This document shows positions 42,492 through 50,839 of a stretch of DNA of 53,378 nt, piece after piece. The notes beneath the pieces were generated by a model that searched no databases, was not told the origin of the DNA, and saw only the letters and a list, made by a program, of their open reading frames with translations. The stretch's first letter is position 1. The number at the start of each line of letters is the position of its first letter. Source of the stretch: an uncultured Gammaproteobacteria bacterium. Lineage in GTDB: Bacteria > Patescibacteriota > Patescibacteriia > UBA9934 > UBA11717. Both the position numbers and the translations under genes were made by a program. The DNA lies in the NCBI GenBank assembly GCA_964365275.1, contig CAYIOW010000001.1:1-53378 (forward strand), written 5' to 3'.

Positions 42492-45205
42492 AGCGCCGGC
42501 GCTTTTTCAACCCTCGTTTCTCCTCCGCCGTCAAAAACAACGGTGTCGCGTCTTGAAACCCCGCCTTGCAATAATAATGTAGCCAATTTATCTTCAATCC
42601 TCTCCTGAATAACCCGTCGCAAAGGTCTGGCGCCGAATTCAGGGTCGTAGCCGGCCGCCGCAAGCTCGGTTCGCGCGCTGTCGGTAACAGTGAGCGCAAT
42701 GCCCTTCTCTTCAAGCCGCGATTGAACTTTTGAAATTAGCAAATCGGCAATCGCTCGGACATTGTCGGGCGTGAGCGGCGAGAAAACCACGATTCCGTCA
42801 AAACGGTTCAAAAATTCCGGATGATACACGCGCTGAAGTTCGTCTTCAAGAAGTTTCGTTTTTATCTCATCCATTGCCGTGCCTGCGCGAATCGCTTGCT
42901 GGATATAATTTGCGCCGGCGTTTGAAGTGGCAATTATTATCGTTTGCGTAAAATCAACCGTGCGGCCCGTGGCATCCGTAAGCCGTCCGTCTTCCATAAC
43001 CTGCAAAAAAGCGTTCAAAACATCCTCGTTCGCCTTTTCAAGCTCGTCCAAAAGCACCAAAGCGAACGGTTTTGCGCGAACAGCTTCAGTAAAAATGCCG
43101 CCTTGCCCGCTTCCAGGCACTCCCAGCAGACGATGCATACTTCCCTGCTCCTGATATTCGGACATATCCAATCGCGTCATCGCGTCTTCCGCGCCAAAAT
43201 ATGCTTCTGAAACGGCGCGCGCCAGCTCCGTTTTTCCAACGCCTGTTGGACCGAGGAAAAGCAGATTGGCGATTGGGCGACTTCCGGAGCGAAGAGAAGT
43301 CCTGGCTCTGCGGAGCGCGGAGGCAACCATTTTCACGGCCTCGTCCTGTCCTATCACGCGGCGATGCAGAACTTCTTCAAGGCGCAGAAGTTTTTCTTTC
43401 TCGTCTTCGGCAACTGCGGTCAACGGAACGCGCGAAGCGGAGGAAACCACTTTCGCCACATCCTCCTTCGTAACGGTTGAGCCGGCGCCTCTCTCGCCTC
43501 TGGCAAGCATCGCCGCTTCATCCATTATGCGAATCGACTTTTCCGGAAGATAGGCGTCATGCATAAATCGCGATGACATTGACGCGCATGCCGACAGCGC
43601 CTCGTAAGTAAACATAACCTCGTGCTCGGATTCCGGCTTTCCGGCGTGCGCTTCAAGCACGCGCGCGGCTTCCGGAACTTCCGGTTCCTCAACTACAACT
43701 TTCGTGCAAACATTTCCGAGCGCAGTATTTTCAATTGAGCGGCGATAGGCGTCCGGCGTAGCTGTCGCTATGGTAACGAAATATCCTTTTTCCATTTCCT
43801 GCGCCAAAATAGTTGCCAAATCAAGACCTCCCTCGCCCGCCTGATTAGCCGTGGACAACTGGTCAATCGACGGAATAGCCAGAGCAACATTTCCTGACAT
43901 CGCAATTTCACCCAAAAGCCGCAATAACCGTTCTTCGGCTTGCGCCGCGGTTGCTCCCGCCATGAGCCGAGGAGTGTCTATTGAAACGAGACGGCGGTCT
44001 TGAAGAAGAGCGGGAACTTCTTCCGTAACCATTCTTTCCGCCAATCCGCCGATTATCGCCCGTTTACCAACGCCCGACTGACCAACTAAAATCACCCCGC
44101 GGCCTCCGCTTTCAAACACCCTCAAGACACGCGTCGTTTCTTCATTTCTGCCAACAAGCATCTGCACGCCGTATCGTGTCGCGAGTCCGGTCAAATCCGT
44201 GCTGACCGAGTCCAAAAGCGGCGTCGCTCGCGAAGTATAAGCACGATTCACCGGCCCAACCGGTTTCAGAAAGGCCGCCTCGCGGAAAGCAAACCATCTC
44301 GCGCGAAGCCGTTCGCGCACCGACATCCATTCAAGAACGCCCAAAACTTCGTCTTCCTCAACGCCGGCTTCGTAAAACAGTTCACGAAGAAACGGTGAAA
44401 TTGCGAAGCACGCGACAAGGATATCAACCGGAGTTACAACCGTCCTGCCTTCCGCTCTCGCCGACAGTACGGCGCCTAAAATCGCCCGTTCGCCGCTTTC
44501 CGAAAACTTTGCGAGCGAACCGCCGCCGGTTTTCAAAGATGCCAGTTTTCGCGCCAGCGGGTCTCTGATTGAATCAAAAATGAGACCGAGTCGCGTGAAA
44601 ATCTGACCAACGCTCGGCCTAGGAAGCTGTCCGGCAAACAAATGTAGAACATCAATTTCTTCGTGCGAAAACGATTCCGCCAAATCCGCAGCGCTTTCAA
44701 TCCCCCTTTTTGTCTCGTCCGAACAGATATCCAAAATATCAACGCGCGATTTTCGCGAAACAACCGCTTTTTCCGATTCTGATAACAGTACAGGCATTGA
44801 AGAATCGCGCGCCGCGAGCCGCTGTTTCGGGTCCCTGTGTCGCCTTGCTTTGCGATAAATTCCGTAAAACAAAATGTTCACCGCAAGCCAAAGCCAAAAT
44901 TGCTCCGCCGAAGGAGCCGCCCAAAACTCCGCGCGAGACCATGTTTCAACAGGAAGCAAAACAAATGTCGTAACCACAAACATCGCCAGCGCCACTCCCA
45001 AGCAAAGCAAAACAACGCCGTCCACAATCGTATTAACGGCTCGCGTCATTTTCCTCAACGCTCTCGCCGGAGCGTCCATCCGAGCATTCCATTCAAAAAT
45101 TTTCCCCGCCGCCGACATCCAGAACGAAAAAGGCAGTTCCGTGGACGCGGAGCGATACTGAAACGAGTTCAGCTGTTCAAAAATTTTCGGCGTTTTGTCA
45201 GACAT
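42488..45205 (-). CDS. Clp/Hsp100-family AAA+ ATPase with N-terminal transmembrane extension
   Basis: 905 aa with two AAA modules. D1 has GQSGVGKRA and IPSIDQL. D2 has GPTGVGKTE and LLDELEKA, plus the sensor-2 sequence GARPLRR. TM helices lie at about aa 60-115. No obvious middle domain or IGF/LGF loop. Confidence 0.85.
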   Translation of the reverse strand: MSDKTPKIFEQLNSFQYRSASTELPFSFWMSAAGKIFEWNARMDAPARALRKMTRAVNTIVDGVVLLCLGVALAMFVVTTFVLLPVETWSRAEFWAAPSAEQFWLWLAVNILFYGIYRKARRHRDPKQRLAARDSSMPVLLSESEKAVVSRKSRVDILDICSDETKRGIESAADLAESFSHEEIDVLHLFAGQLPRPSVGQIFTRLGLIFDSIRDPLARKLASLKTGGGSLAKFSESGERAILGAVLSARAEGRTVVTPVDILVACFAISPFLRELFYEAGVEEDEVLGVLEWMSVRERLRARWFAFREAAFLKPVGPVNRAYTSRATPLLDSVSTDLTGLATRYGVQMLVGRNEETTRVLRVFESGGRGVILVGQSGVGKRAIIGGLAERMVTEEVPALLQDRRLVSIDTPRLMAGATAAQAEERLLRLLGEIAMSGNVALAIPSIDQLSTANQAGEGGLDLATILAQEMEKGYFVTIATATPDAYRRSIENTALGNVCTKVVVEEPEVPEAARVLEAHAGKPESEHEVMFTYEALSACASMSSRFMHDAYLPEKSIRIMDEAAMLARGERGAGSTVTKEDVAKVVSSASRVPLTAVAEDEKEKLLRLEEVLHRRVIGQDEAVKMVASALRRARTSLRSGSRPIANLLFLGPTGVGKTELARAVSEAYFGAEDAMTRLDMSEYQEQGSMHRLLGVPGSGQGGIFTEAVRAKPFALVLLDELEKANEDVLNAFLQVMEDGRLTDATGRTVDFTQTIIIATSNAGANYIQQAIRAGTAMDEIKTKLLEDELQRVYHPEFLNRFDGIVVFSPLTPDNVRAIADLLISKVQSRLEEKGIALTVTDSARTELAAAGYDPEFGARPLRRVIQERIEDKLATLLLQGGVSRRDTVVFDGGGETRVEKAPAL

Positions 45206-45584
45206 AAGAAATCAGTCCGCCAAAAGCATGATAAGCAAGCAAAATCAGCGCGACTGCCGGGAGCAAAATGTAAATTAAAAACAAAAATGCAAAAATAACC
45301 GAAGATGCCGCAAGAACGAACAGCTTAATCGCAATCATCACGCAACGCATTAAGAAACTGACTATCCTTCCGCCGATGTCATTGCTTCCGTACATTGGAA
45401 CGAAAATATTTTTTATCCATATGGAAACTCCGAGCGACAAGCGATAACTTGAATGCGCGCGCCACAGACGAAGCGCGGCGCCCTTCAGCCCTTTTCCATA
45501 CCACCACACCGGATACCCAACAACGCCGCCGATGAAATCGCGGAAAAAAAGCGACATCGCTTCGCCAAACGGAATAGAAACCAT
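45198..45584 (-). CDS. hypothetical membrane protein (128 aa)
   Basis: Hydrophobic. Its stop overlaps the Clp start by 8 nt, so the two are probably co-transcribed. Confidence 0.5.
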   Translation of the reverse strand: MVSIPFGEAMSLFFRDFIGGVVGYPVWWYGKGLKGAALRLWRAHSSYRLSLGVSIWIKNIFVPMYGSNDIGGRIVSFLMRCVMIAIKLFVLAASSVIFAFLFLIYILLPAVALILLAYHAFGGLISYV

Positions 45585-45590
45585 AGGTTA

Positions 45591-45599
45591 ATTATATCA
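45591..45599 (-). promoter_or_regulatory. extended -10 element (TGATATAAT) 6 nt upstream of the ATG: candidate leaderless promoter
   Basis: The minus strand reads CTCGTGATATAAT-TAACCT-ATG. There is no SD, and the A of the ATG falls about where the TSS would be. Confidence 0.4.
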
Positions 45600-45693
45600 C
45601 GAGTACTTATATAACAACCAAAAATTCGCATTTGGTTGCCACTACAACCAATGACGGATTCAATTCAATACCTACCCACCAACCAGCAATCGT

Positions 45694-46827
45694 CTAGATT
45701 ATTCCGTTTTGAACTCCGACACGCAATATTTCCATCAGCCGCATATAAAATCGCACATTGTTTTCCGTTGCGATACGAATCGCAAGCGGCTCCTGCGTAT
45801 CAAAGAGATGATGAAGGTAAGCGCGACTATGCGAAAGCGACAAAGGCGCATCGGAAAACTCGTCAATCGGACTATTATCATATGCGTGAACCGCGTTCTT
45901 AATGTTTTGCTCTTCATAAAAATCGCCTTTAAGCAATCGCTCCGGAGTCGGTTCTCCATTCCATACGAAAAGCGAGCCGTGCCTTGCGTGGCGAGTCGGA
46001 ATCACACAATCAAACATATCAATTCCCATCTGAACATAGGCGACTATTTCCTCCGGCATACCTCCGCCCATAAAATACCGCGGTTTGTTTTTAGGAAGAA
46101 GATTGGCGGTGAATTCCGCAACACGCAAATTGTCTTCTCGCGATTCACCGACCGACAACCCTCCGATTGCATATCCGTCAAGGTCTAAATTAATAAGCGA
46201 CTCCGCGGAACGCTTTCTCAAATCTTCGTATATCCCTCCTTGCACAATCCCAAACAACATTTGCCGTTTGCCGTTAGGAATAATTGAACCACCGCAATGT
46301 TCCTCCAAATATGTCTTCGCTCTCTTCGCCCACCTTACCGACCTCTCCATCGCGACTTCAATTACGCTTTTCGGCGCCTTCGGCGCTTCAACAACATCAA
46401 GTTGCATCATAATATCGCTCCCGATCGCTTGTTGCATCGCCACCGACTCTTCAACCGTCAAAGATATTTTTCTTCCGTCAATGTGCGACTGAAAAAATAC
46501 CCCGTCTTCAGTAACTTTTCGCATCGCGTCCAATGAAAAAACCTGATAACCTCCGCTATCCGTAAGAATCGGACCGTTCCAGCCCATAAACTCGTGAAGT
46601 CCTCCAACCCTTCTCATTGCATCCATCCCCGGCTTCACCAAAAGATGGTATGTGTTTGAAAGAACAATCGGAACTCCCAATCGTTTCAAATCAGAAACCG
46701 CCAACGCCTTAACCGCGCCCTTCGTGGCGATAGTCATAAAAAACGGCGTCTTGAGATTTCCATGCGCCGTTTCAAGCGTGGCAAGCCGCGCTTTTGTAGT
46801 TTTTGAATTTTTCGTTACGCGAAACAT
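45694..46827 (-). CDS. tgt: tRNA-guanine transglycosylase homologue (queuine tRNA-ribosyltransferase family)
   Basis: Carries the blocks [45 protein letters not shown] and SRAYLHHL. Start at ATG 46827. The zinc-ligand positions are substituted (see findings). Confidence 0.85.
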   Translation of the reverse strand: [377 protein letters not shown]

Positions 46828-46982
46828 GAGCCGAATATGACACGAATGACAACAGTTAGCAAGACAAACAGAAAAGCCGCGTTCGCGGCCTTTCTGCTCA
46901 CTCACTTCTTCCTATGCACAGGCGGCATGCTTTCCCGCCTGATATTTTGGCGCGCTCAACGCCGGAATATCAGACGATAATT

Positions 46983-47312
46983 TCACCTCCTTGCCAATGA
47001 ATCCGTTCCCGAAAGATAAATCGTTTTCATCGGAGCCGACAAACCGAGCATTTGCATTCTTTCCGCGACTGACGGCAACCGTTTGATGGACGCCGCCTCC
47101 GCCATCAGCTTCTGATTTTCAAATCTCAACGCCTCAACATTTTTTTCCAAATCACGCAAGGCAAACCCGCGCGCAGTCGTATCGGAAATCTGGAACACAT
47201 AGAACACGGCGAGACCGATTATTCCAAGACAAGCAAATGCGTTAGAAATCACGCGCCAGTTTGGACATACGGTCCGGTTCGCGCAAACGAACGCGGCTGT
47301 TCTTGTTGTCAT
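46983..47312 (-). CDS. FtsL-like small bitopic membrane protein (septum-formation-initiator-like)
   Basis: Sits after rsmH, has a single TM segment (AFACLGIIGLAVFYVF), then a coiled-coil-like stretch (LEKNVEALRFENQKLMAE). An alternative GTG start at 47252 would reduce the overlap with rsmH. Confidence 0.4.
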   Translation of the reverse strand: MTTRTAAFVCANRTVCPNWRVISNAFACLGIIGLAVFYVFQISDTTARGFALRDLEKNVEALRFENQKLMAEAASIKRLPSVAERMQMLGLSAPMKTIYLSGTDSLARR

Positions 47313-48207
47313 AAGTTTGTGTTTTGTTTTTTCTTTCCGCCACGCGGAGTTTGGCGCTCCGAGCGCGGGGATTTTTTTGAATTTCCGCTCTTGACGCTAC
47401 AACCGGTTTTTTCGCCGTCGCGACAAGTGAGCGTGAATTTTTTACGAACCGTTTTACGATTCTGTCTTCAAGCGAATGAAACGAGATAATCGCGAGCCTG
47501 CCGCCGTCCTTCAGCGCGCCTTCCGCCTGCGGAAGAAATTCTTTCAGCGCGCCGAGCTCGTCGTTCGCCGCCATCCGCAACGCTTGGAACACCTTCGTCG
47601 CTGGATGCAGACGACTTGTCCGTTTTGAAACCGACTCAACGCATCGCGCAAGTTCAAGCGTCCGCGCGAATCGTTCCTTTCGTCTGACCGCTACAATCGC
47701 CTTCGCGATTTGTCTTGCTCGCGGTTCTTCGCCGTACTCGCGGAACAACTCCGCAAGCTCGGCCTCGCTCCATCCGTTGACAATATCCGCCGCGCTCTCG
47801 CCTTCTGTTCTGTCATATCTCATGTCAAGCGGCCCGTCCGCCTGAAAGCTGAAACCGCGCTCCGGGTCATCAACATGAACGGACGAAAAGCCGAGGTCAA
47901 GCAGAATGCCGTCAACTTTTTCAAGCCCGTTCGCCGCAAGCAGTTCGGCGAGATTCCGGTAGTTACCGTGTACAAGCATCGCACGGCTTCCGAATCGCGC
48001 CAGACGCTTTTTCGCCTCCGAAAGATTTGCCGGGTCCCATTCAATCCCAAACAACTTTCCGGATGGCGCCGAATTCTCAAGCAGAACGGAGGCGTGCCCT
48101 CCGAATCCGAGTGTCCCGTCAACAAATACCTTCCCGGGCGCAGGCAAAAGTCCATGACGCACCTCCTCCAGGAGGACTGGAACATGAGGGTGGTCCATAT
48201 GCGTCAA
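47242..48207 (-). CDS. rsmH: 16S rRNA (cytosine1402-N4)-methyltransferase
   Basis: Carries HVPVLLEEV, DGTLGFGGH, LDLGFSS and FHSLEDR. Confidence 0.92.
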   Translation of the reverse strand: MTHMDHPHVPVLLEEVRHGLLPAPGKVFVDGTLGFGGHASVLLENSAPSGKLFGIEWDPANLSEAKKRLARFGSRAMLVHGNYRNLAELLAANGLEKVDGILLDLGFSSVHVDDPERGFSFQADGPLDMRYDRTEGESAADIVNGWSEAELAELFREYGEEPRARQIAKAIVAVRRKERFARTLELARCVESVSKRTSRLHPATKVFQALRMAANDELGALKEFLPQAEGALKDGGRLAIISFHSLEDRIVKRFVKNSRSLVATAKKPVVASRAEIQKNPRARSAKLRVAERKNKTQTYDNKNSRVRLREPDRMSKLARDF

Positions 48208-48635
48208 ATGCCGAGCGCGCTTAAGTTTTCAGCAATCGCGTTGCTTTCCCCTTCAGTTTTGTTCTTGTAGGAAGACCACGCCTCTCCGTCCCAAATCTCC
48301 AGGCGATTGTAGAGACCGGCGACAACGACGGATTTTTTCAACCCGGCGTATTGGCGAAGATATTCCGGAACGGCGATGCGGCCTTGGCCGTCCACCGCCA
48401 CATCCATCGCGCCCGCCAGCATAAGCCGAGCGAAAGCGCGAGAGTTCTGTTCCGAAATGGGAAGCGAAGCCAACTTTTCGGCGAGTATTTTCCACTCGCG
48501 CATTGCGTAAACGACAAGCGAACGGTCAAGTCCGCGAGTTACGACTGCGCCGCCTTTCAGCGCCGTTCTAAACTTCGCCGGAATGGATATCCGGCCTTTA
48601 TCGTCCACCACATGTTGGTATTCCCCTAAGAACAT
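48204..48635 (-). CDS. mraZ: transcriptional regulator MraZ
   Basis: MFLGEYQHVVDDKGRISIPAKFR, with a second SpoVT/AbrB-like repeat DGQGRIAVPEYLR. GAGAGG lies 9 nt upstream of ATG 48635. Confidence 0.9.
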   Translation of the reverse strand: MFLGEYQHVVDDKGRISIPAKFRTALKGGAVVTRGLDRSLVVYAMREWKILAEKLASLPISEQNSRAFARLMLAGAMDVAVDGQGRIAVPEYLRQYAGLKKSVVVAGLYNRLEIWDGEAWSSYKNKTEGESNAIAENLSALGI

Positions 48636-48813
48636 ATTGGTAACCTCTCTAAACGGCGATATGCTTGCGCTTCGGCTCACAAATGTCTCACCGTAGAAGT
48701 ACCTACGCCTCGCCATTTGCTCACCTCCAGCGCTACGCATCTCATCCATTTATAGAGGTTCCTTAATTTTCCACAGGTATAAAAACGAGGGCGGGAGACG
48801 CAAGGTACTGCTA

Positions 48814-48858
48814 GCCCTGCGTTTCCCACTCCTTCCCACTTATTACCCTTCGCTCCCA
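48814..48858 (-). promoter_or_regulatory. candidate MraZ operator: phased GGG-core direct repeats
   Basis: The minus strand reads TTGGGagcgaAGGGTaataaGTGGGaaggaGTGGGaaacgCAGGG. The GGG cores are spaced about 10 bp apart (plus-strand CCC at 48814, 48824, 48834, 48845, 48854), 180-220 nt upstream of mraZ. Confidence 0.5.
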
Positions 48859-48915
48859 ATTCTAGCCACACCTCAACACTCGGTCAACGAAACATACACC
48901 GAACAAACCAACCAG

Positions 48916-48938
48916 TTATGCACAGAACTGTGGATAAA
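48916..48938. repeat. pair of facing DnaA-box-like 9-mers (TTATGCACA ... TGTGGATAA)
   Basis: TTATGCACA at 48916-48924 fits the relaxed consensus TTATNCACA. The perfect TGTGGATAA is at 48929-48937. CAGAACTGTGGATAAA is shared with the 24796 and 25138 copies. Confidence 0.8.
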
Positions 48939-48997
48939 CATAACATAATGCTGTACCATTACAGCCATAAAAAAAATAAGGTTCGTCCTGATTCCAT

Positions 48998-49029
48998 GTC
49001 ACTTTTTTCACGATCGTGAAAAAAGTGAC
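48998..49029. repeat. palindromic element, family A variant
   Basis: GTCACTTTTTTCACGA|TCGTGAAAAAAGTGAC is a perfect 32-nt palindrome at the left edge of the GC-rich cassette. Confidence 0.85.
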
Positions 49030-49119
49030 TATACCAAATCCGACAAATTCGCACCCCATTCCATCCCCATTGTCCTTATCGGCTCTGTACGATAACATTG
49101 TCTATTGAAGGAGGTCATT

Positions 49120-49686
49120 ATGACCGACGGACATAAAATGTTTTCGGAGTGGTTCAATCTCACCGCGAAGAAGTTGCCAAGCAGAGGAGCTAGACGCGTA
49201 GAAGGAGTGATTCGGGCTGGCTGGGGCGGAGCGCGTTCTCCTCAAGAACCGGTCCCGTCGTGGACTCCCGGCGAGAATCAAGATGTCGCATTGCGTGAAG
49301 CCGTAATGACGACGCTATTGGTAAACGACGCGCATTTCAGAGAGCGCGAAAAGCAGTATCTCAATCCGGAAGTACCGTCGTTGAGAGCAGGTCTTAAAAC
49401 CGCGCTGGAAGGACAACCGGACGGTTCGGTTCAACTGATAGACCGTGCGGTTGAATTTCTCATCACGATTCGCGACATCCGGCACATCACGCTATCGCTG
49501 GATAAGGACGCGAGAATAGACGAGGTAAAGGCGCTGATGCGTCGGGCGATACAACTTCGCCTGAACCTTGTGTACCTGAAAGCATCCCACATGATTCCAG
49601 TGTGGGGCGACGATTTCATTATCGCAATGATTCAATATCTGGAAGATGGCCCGGTGAACACACCATCTTCCGCGTCCCCCGCCTAG
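49120..49686 (+). CDS. hypothetical protein, cassette ORF A (188 aa)
   Basis: GAAGGAGG lies 6 nt upstream of ATG 49120. GC is higher than in core genes. No recognisable domain. Confidence 0.55.
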   Translation: MTDGHKMFSEWFNLTAKKLPSRGARRVEGVIRAGWGGARSPQEPVPSWTPGENQDVALREAVMTTLLVNDAHFREREKQYLNPEVPSLRAGLKTALEGQPDGSVQLIDRAVEFLITIRDIRHITLSLDKDARIDEVKALMRRAIQLRLNLVYLKASHMIPVWGDDFIIAMIQYLEDGPVNTPSSASPA

Positions 49687-49741
49687 CCGTTCTGGCATGC
49701 GGGGTATTATTTCATTTCGCCTTCTTCATAATTCTTTCAAC

Positions 49742-49770
49742 TTGACCGCGCGCGCAAACAGTTGCAATAT
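49742..49770 (+). promoter_or_regulatory. candidate promoter of cassette ORF B
   Basis: TTGACC (49742-49747), 17-nt spacer, CAATAT (49765-49770). Same architecture as the ORF C promoter. Confidence 0.45.
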
Positions 49771-49798
49771 GCCAAAGCAGGATAAGAAAGGAGGGCTT

Positions 49799-50071
49799 AT
49801 GCCCAAAAATCATGCTAACCGCACAATCAGGAAAGTCCATGGCTGTCTGTTGGCTCTTCTAGACACGAAGAAGCCAACATACGGCACGGCGATTGACTTT
49901 TTTTACAAGGACGGTGAGGAGGAAGGCATACGAGGCGTAACCGCGCTTCTCACCGTGCACGACCGATACCGTATCTTCGGAGCGAAGAAAACGAAGGACC
50001 TTAGATACGAAGACGCAACTGTGCCGGAGAACATACAACGCGCGCTGAAAGAACTCAACGACAAATCCTAG
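49799..50071 (+). CDS. hypothetical protein, cassette ORF B (90 aa)
   Basis: AAAGGAGGG lies 5 nt upstream of ATG 49799. The longer ORF-track version would begin inside the promoter. Confidence 0.5.
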   Translation: MPKNHANRTIRKVHGCLLALLDTKKPTYGTAIDFFYKDGEEEGIRGVTALLTVHDRYRIFGAKKTKDLRYEDATVPENIQRALKELNDKS

Positions 50072-50072
50072 A

Positions 50073-50100
50073 CCCTGACCGTCTGGTCGGGGTGTTTTTA
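50073..50100 (+). terminator. rho-independent terminator after ORF B
   Basis: CCCTGACC-GTCT-GGTCGGGG (one G-U pair) followed by TGTTTTTA. Confidence 0.6.
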
Positions 50101-50129
50101 TTGACAATTCGCAACGCTTCGCGCAATAT
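50101..50129 (+). promoter_or_regulatory. candidate promoter of cassette ORFs C-D
   Basis: TTGACA (50101-50106), 17-nt spacer, CAATAT (50124-50129). GGAGG follows at 50140-50144 and ATG at 50150. Confidence 0.5.
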
Positions 50130-50149
50130 GTCGGCGAATGGAGGAAGTT

Positions 50150-50839
50150 ATGAAACTGCAACCTCTTTCAGTCCATCAAAGACGGCGCATAAGCGCCGTT
50201 GAAGAAGTTCTGACAATGTTGGTGAACACATCCAGAGCGCGCAAGCAGGAAGCTGTCGGTGGCATTCGCACCTTTTCAGATGCGTTGGACAGGTGCCGTA
50301 ACGAAGACGCGCGGCGGGCGCTCCGCGAATTGAGCAACTCGTTCGCTCTTTTCGCCAAAAAAGGATTTGACCCGAAGTTGAGCGACACAGCCGACATCGG
50401 CGCTGTTGTGCGACTGCTCCAGAGAGCCGGGTGCGAATTGCCCGAAGACATGCTCGGCAACCGGAAAGGAACCGGCACACCGAACGCGGGCATCAAAGAA
50501 CCGCCGTCTCCTCACAGGATTCCGTTTGAACCCAAAAAAGTTGAACGGAAACCACAGTTCGCGTGGAGCGGACTCGCGCGGCGCATTCTGGCGGACGCGC
50601 TTGAGAATCCTCCGTGTATGATGATTGTCGGCGAACTTCGTGATCGCCTGCGGGTTGCCGGAAACCGCGCCATCGGACTCGGCGAGCTGGTGTTCCGTCA
50701 GCTTCAGGCGGAGAAGCTGGTCGGTGCCAAGGCGACCGAACCGGTTGATATCGCCACCCTGCGCAGCTTCATCGCCGACCGCGAACGCTGCGAACGACCG
50801 ATTCTGCGCCGCGTGGACGAATTCCGCACCCAGTCCTGA
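50150..50839 (+). CDS. hypothetical protein, cassette ORF C (229 aa)
   Basis: SD-supported start. Arg-rich and helical. A hand-counted sample (50641-50700) is about 67% GC. No recognisable domain. Confidence 0.55.
   Translation: MKLQPLSVHQRRRISAVEEVLTMLVNTSRARKQEAVGGIRTFSDALDRCRNEDARRALRELSNSFALFAKKGFDPKLSDTADIGAVVRLLQRAGCELPEDMLGNRKGTGTPNAGIKEPPSPHRIPFEPKKVERKPQFAWSGLARRILADALENPPCMMIVGELRDRLRVAGNRAIGLGELVFRQLQAEKLVGAKATEPVDIATLRSFIADRERCERPILRRVDEFRTQS

Noticed and set aside
48636-48749. 38-codon N-terminal extension of mraZ
   Set aside because: MraZ proteins start at MF.G. The ATG at 48635 has a GAGAGG SD, and the extension has no homologous counterpart that I recognise.
11642-48937. The idea that the DnaA-box excess marks oriC in this window
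   Set aside because: The eight perfect boxes are spread over 37 kb at six loci rather than clustered. No dnaA or dnaN gene is present, and no AT-rich unwinding element lies next to any box cluster. Most boxes belong to one repeated element. I report it as a repeat or regulatory curiosity, not as an origin.
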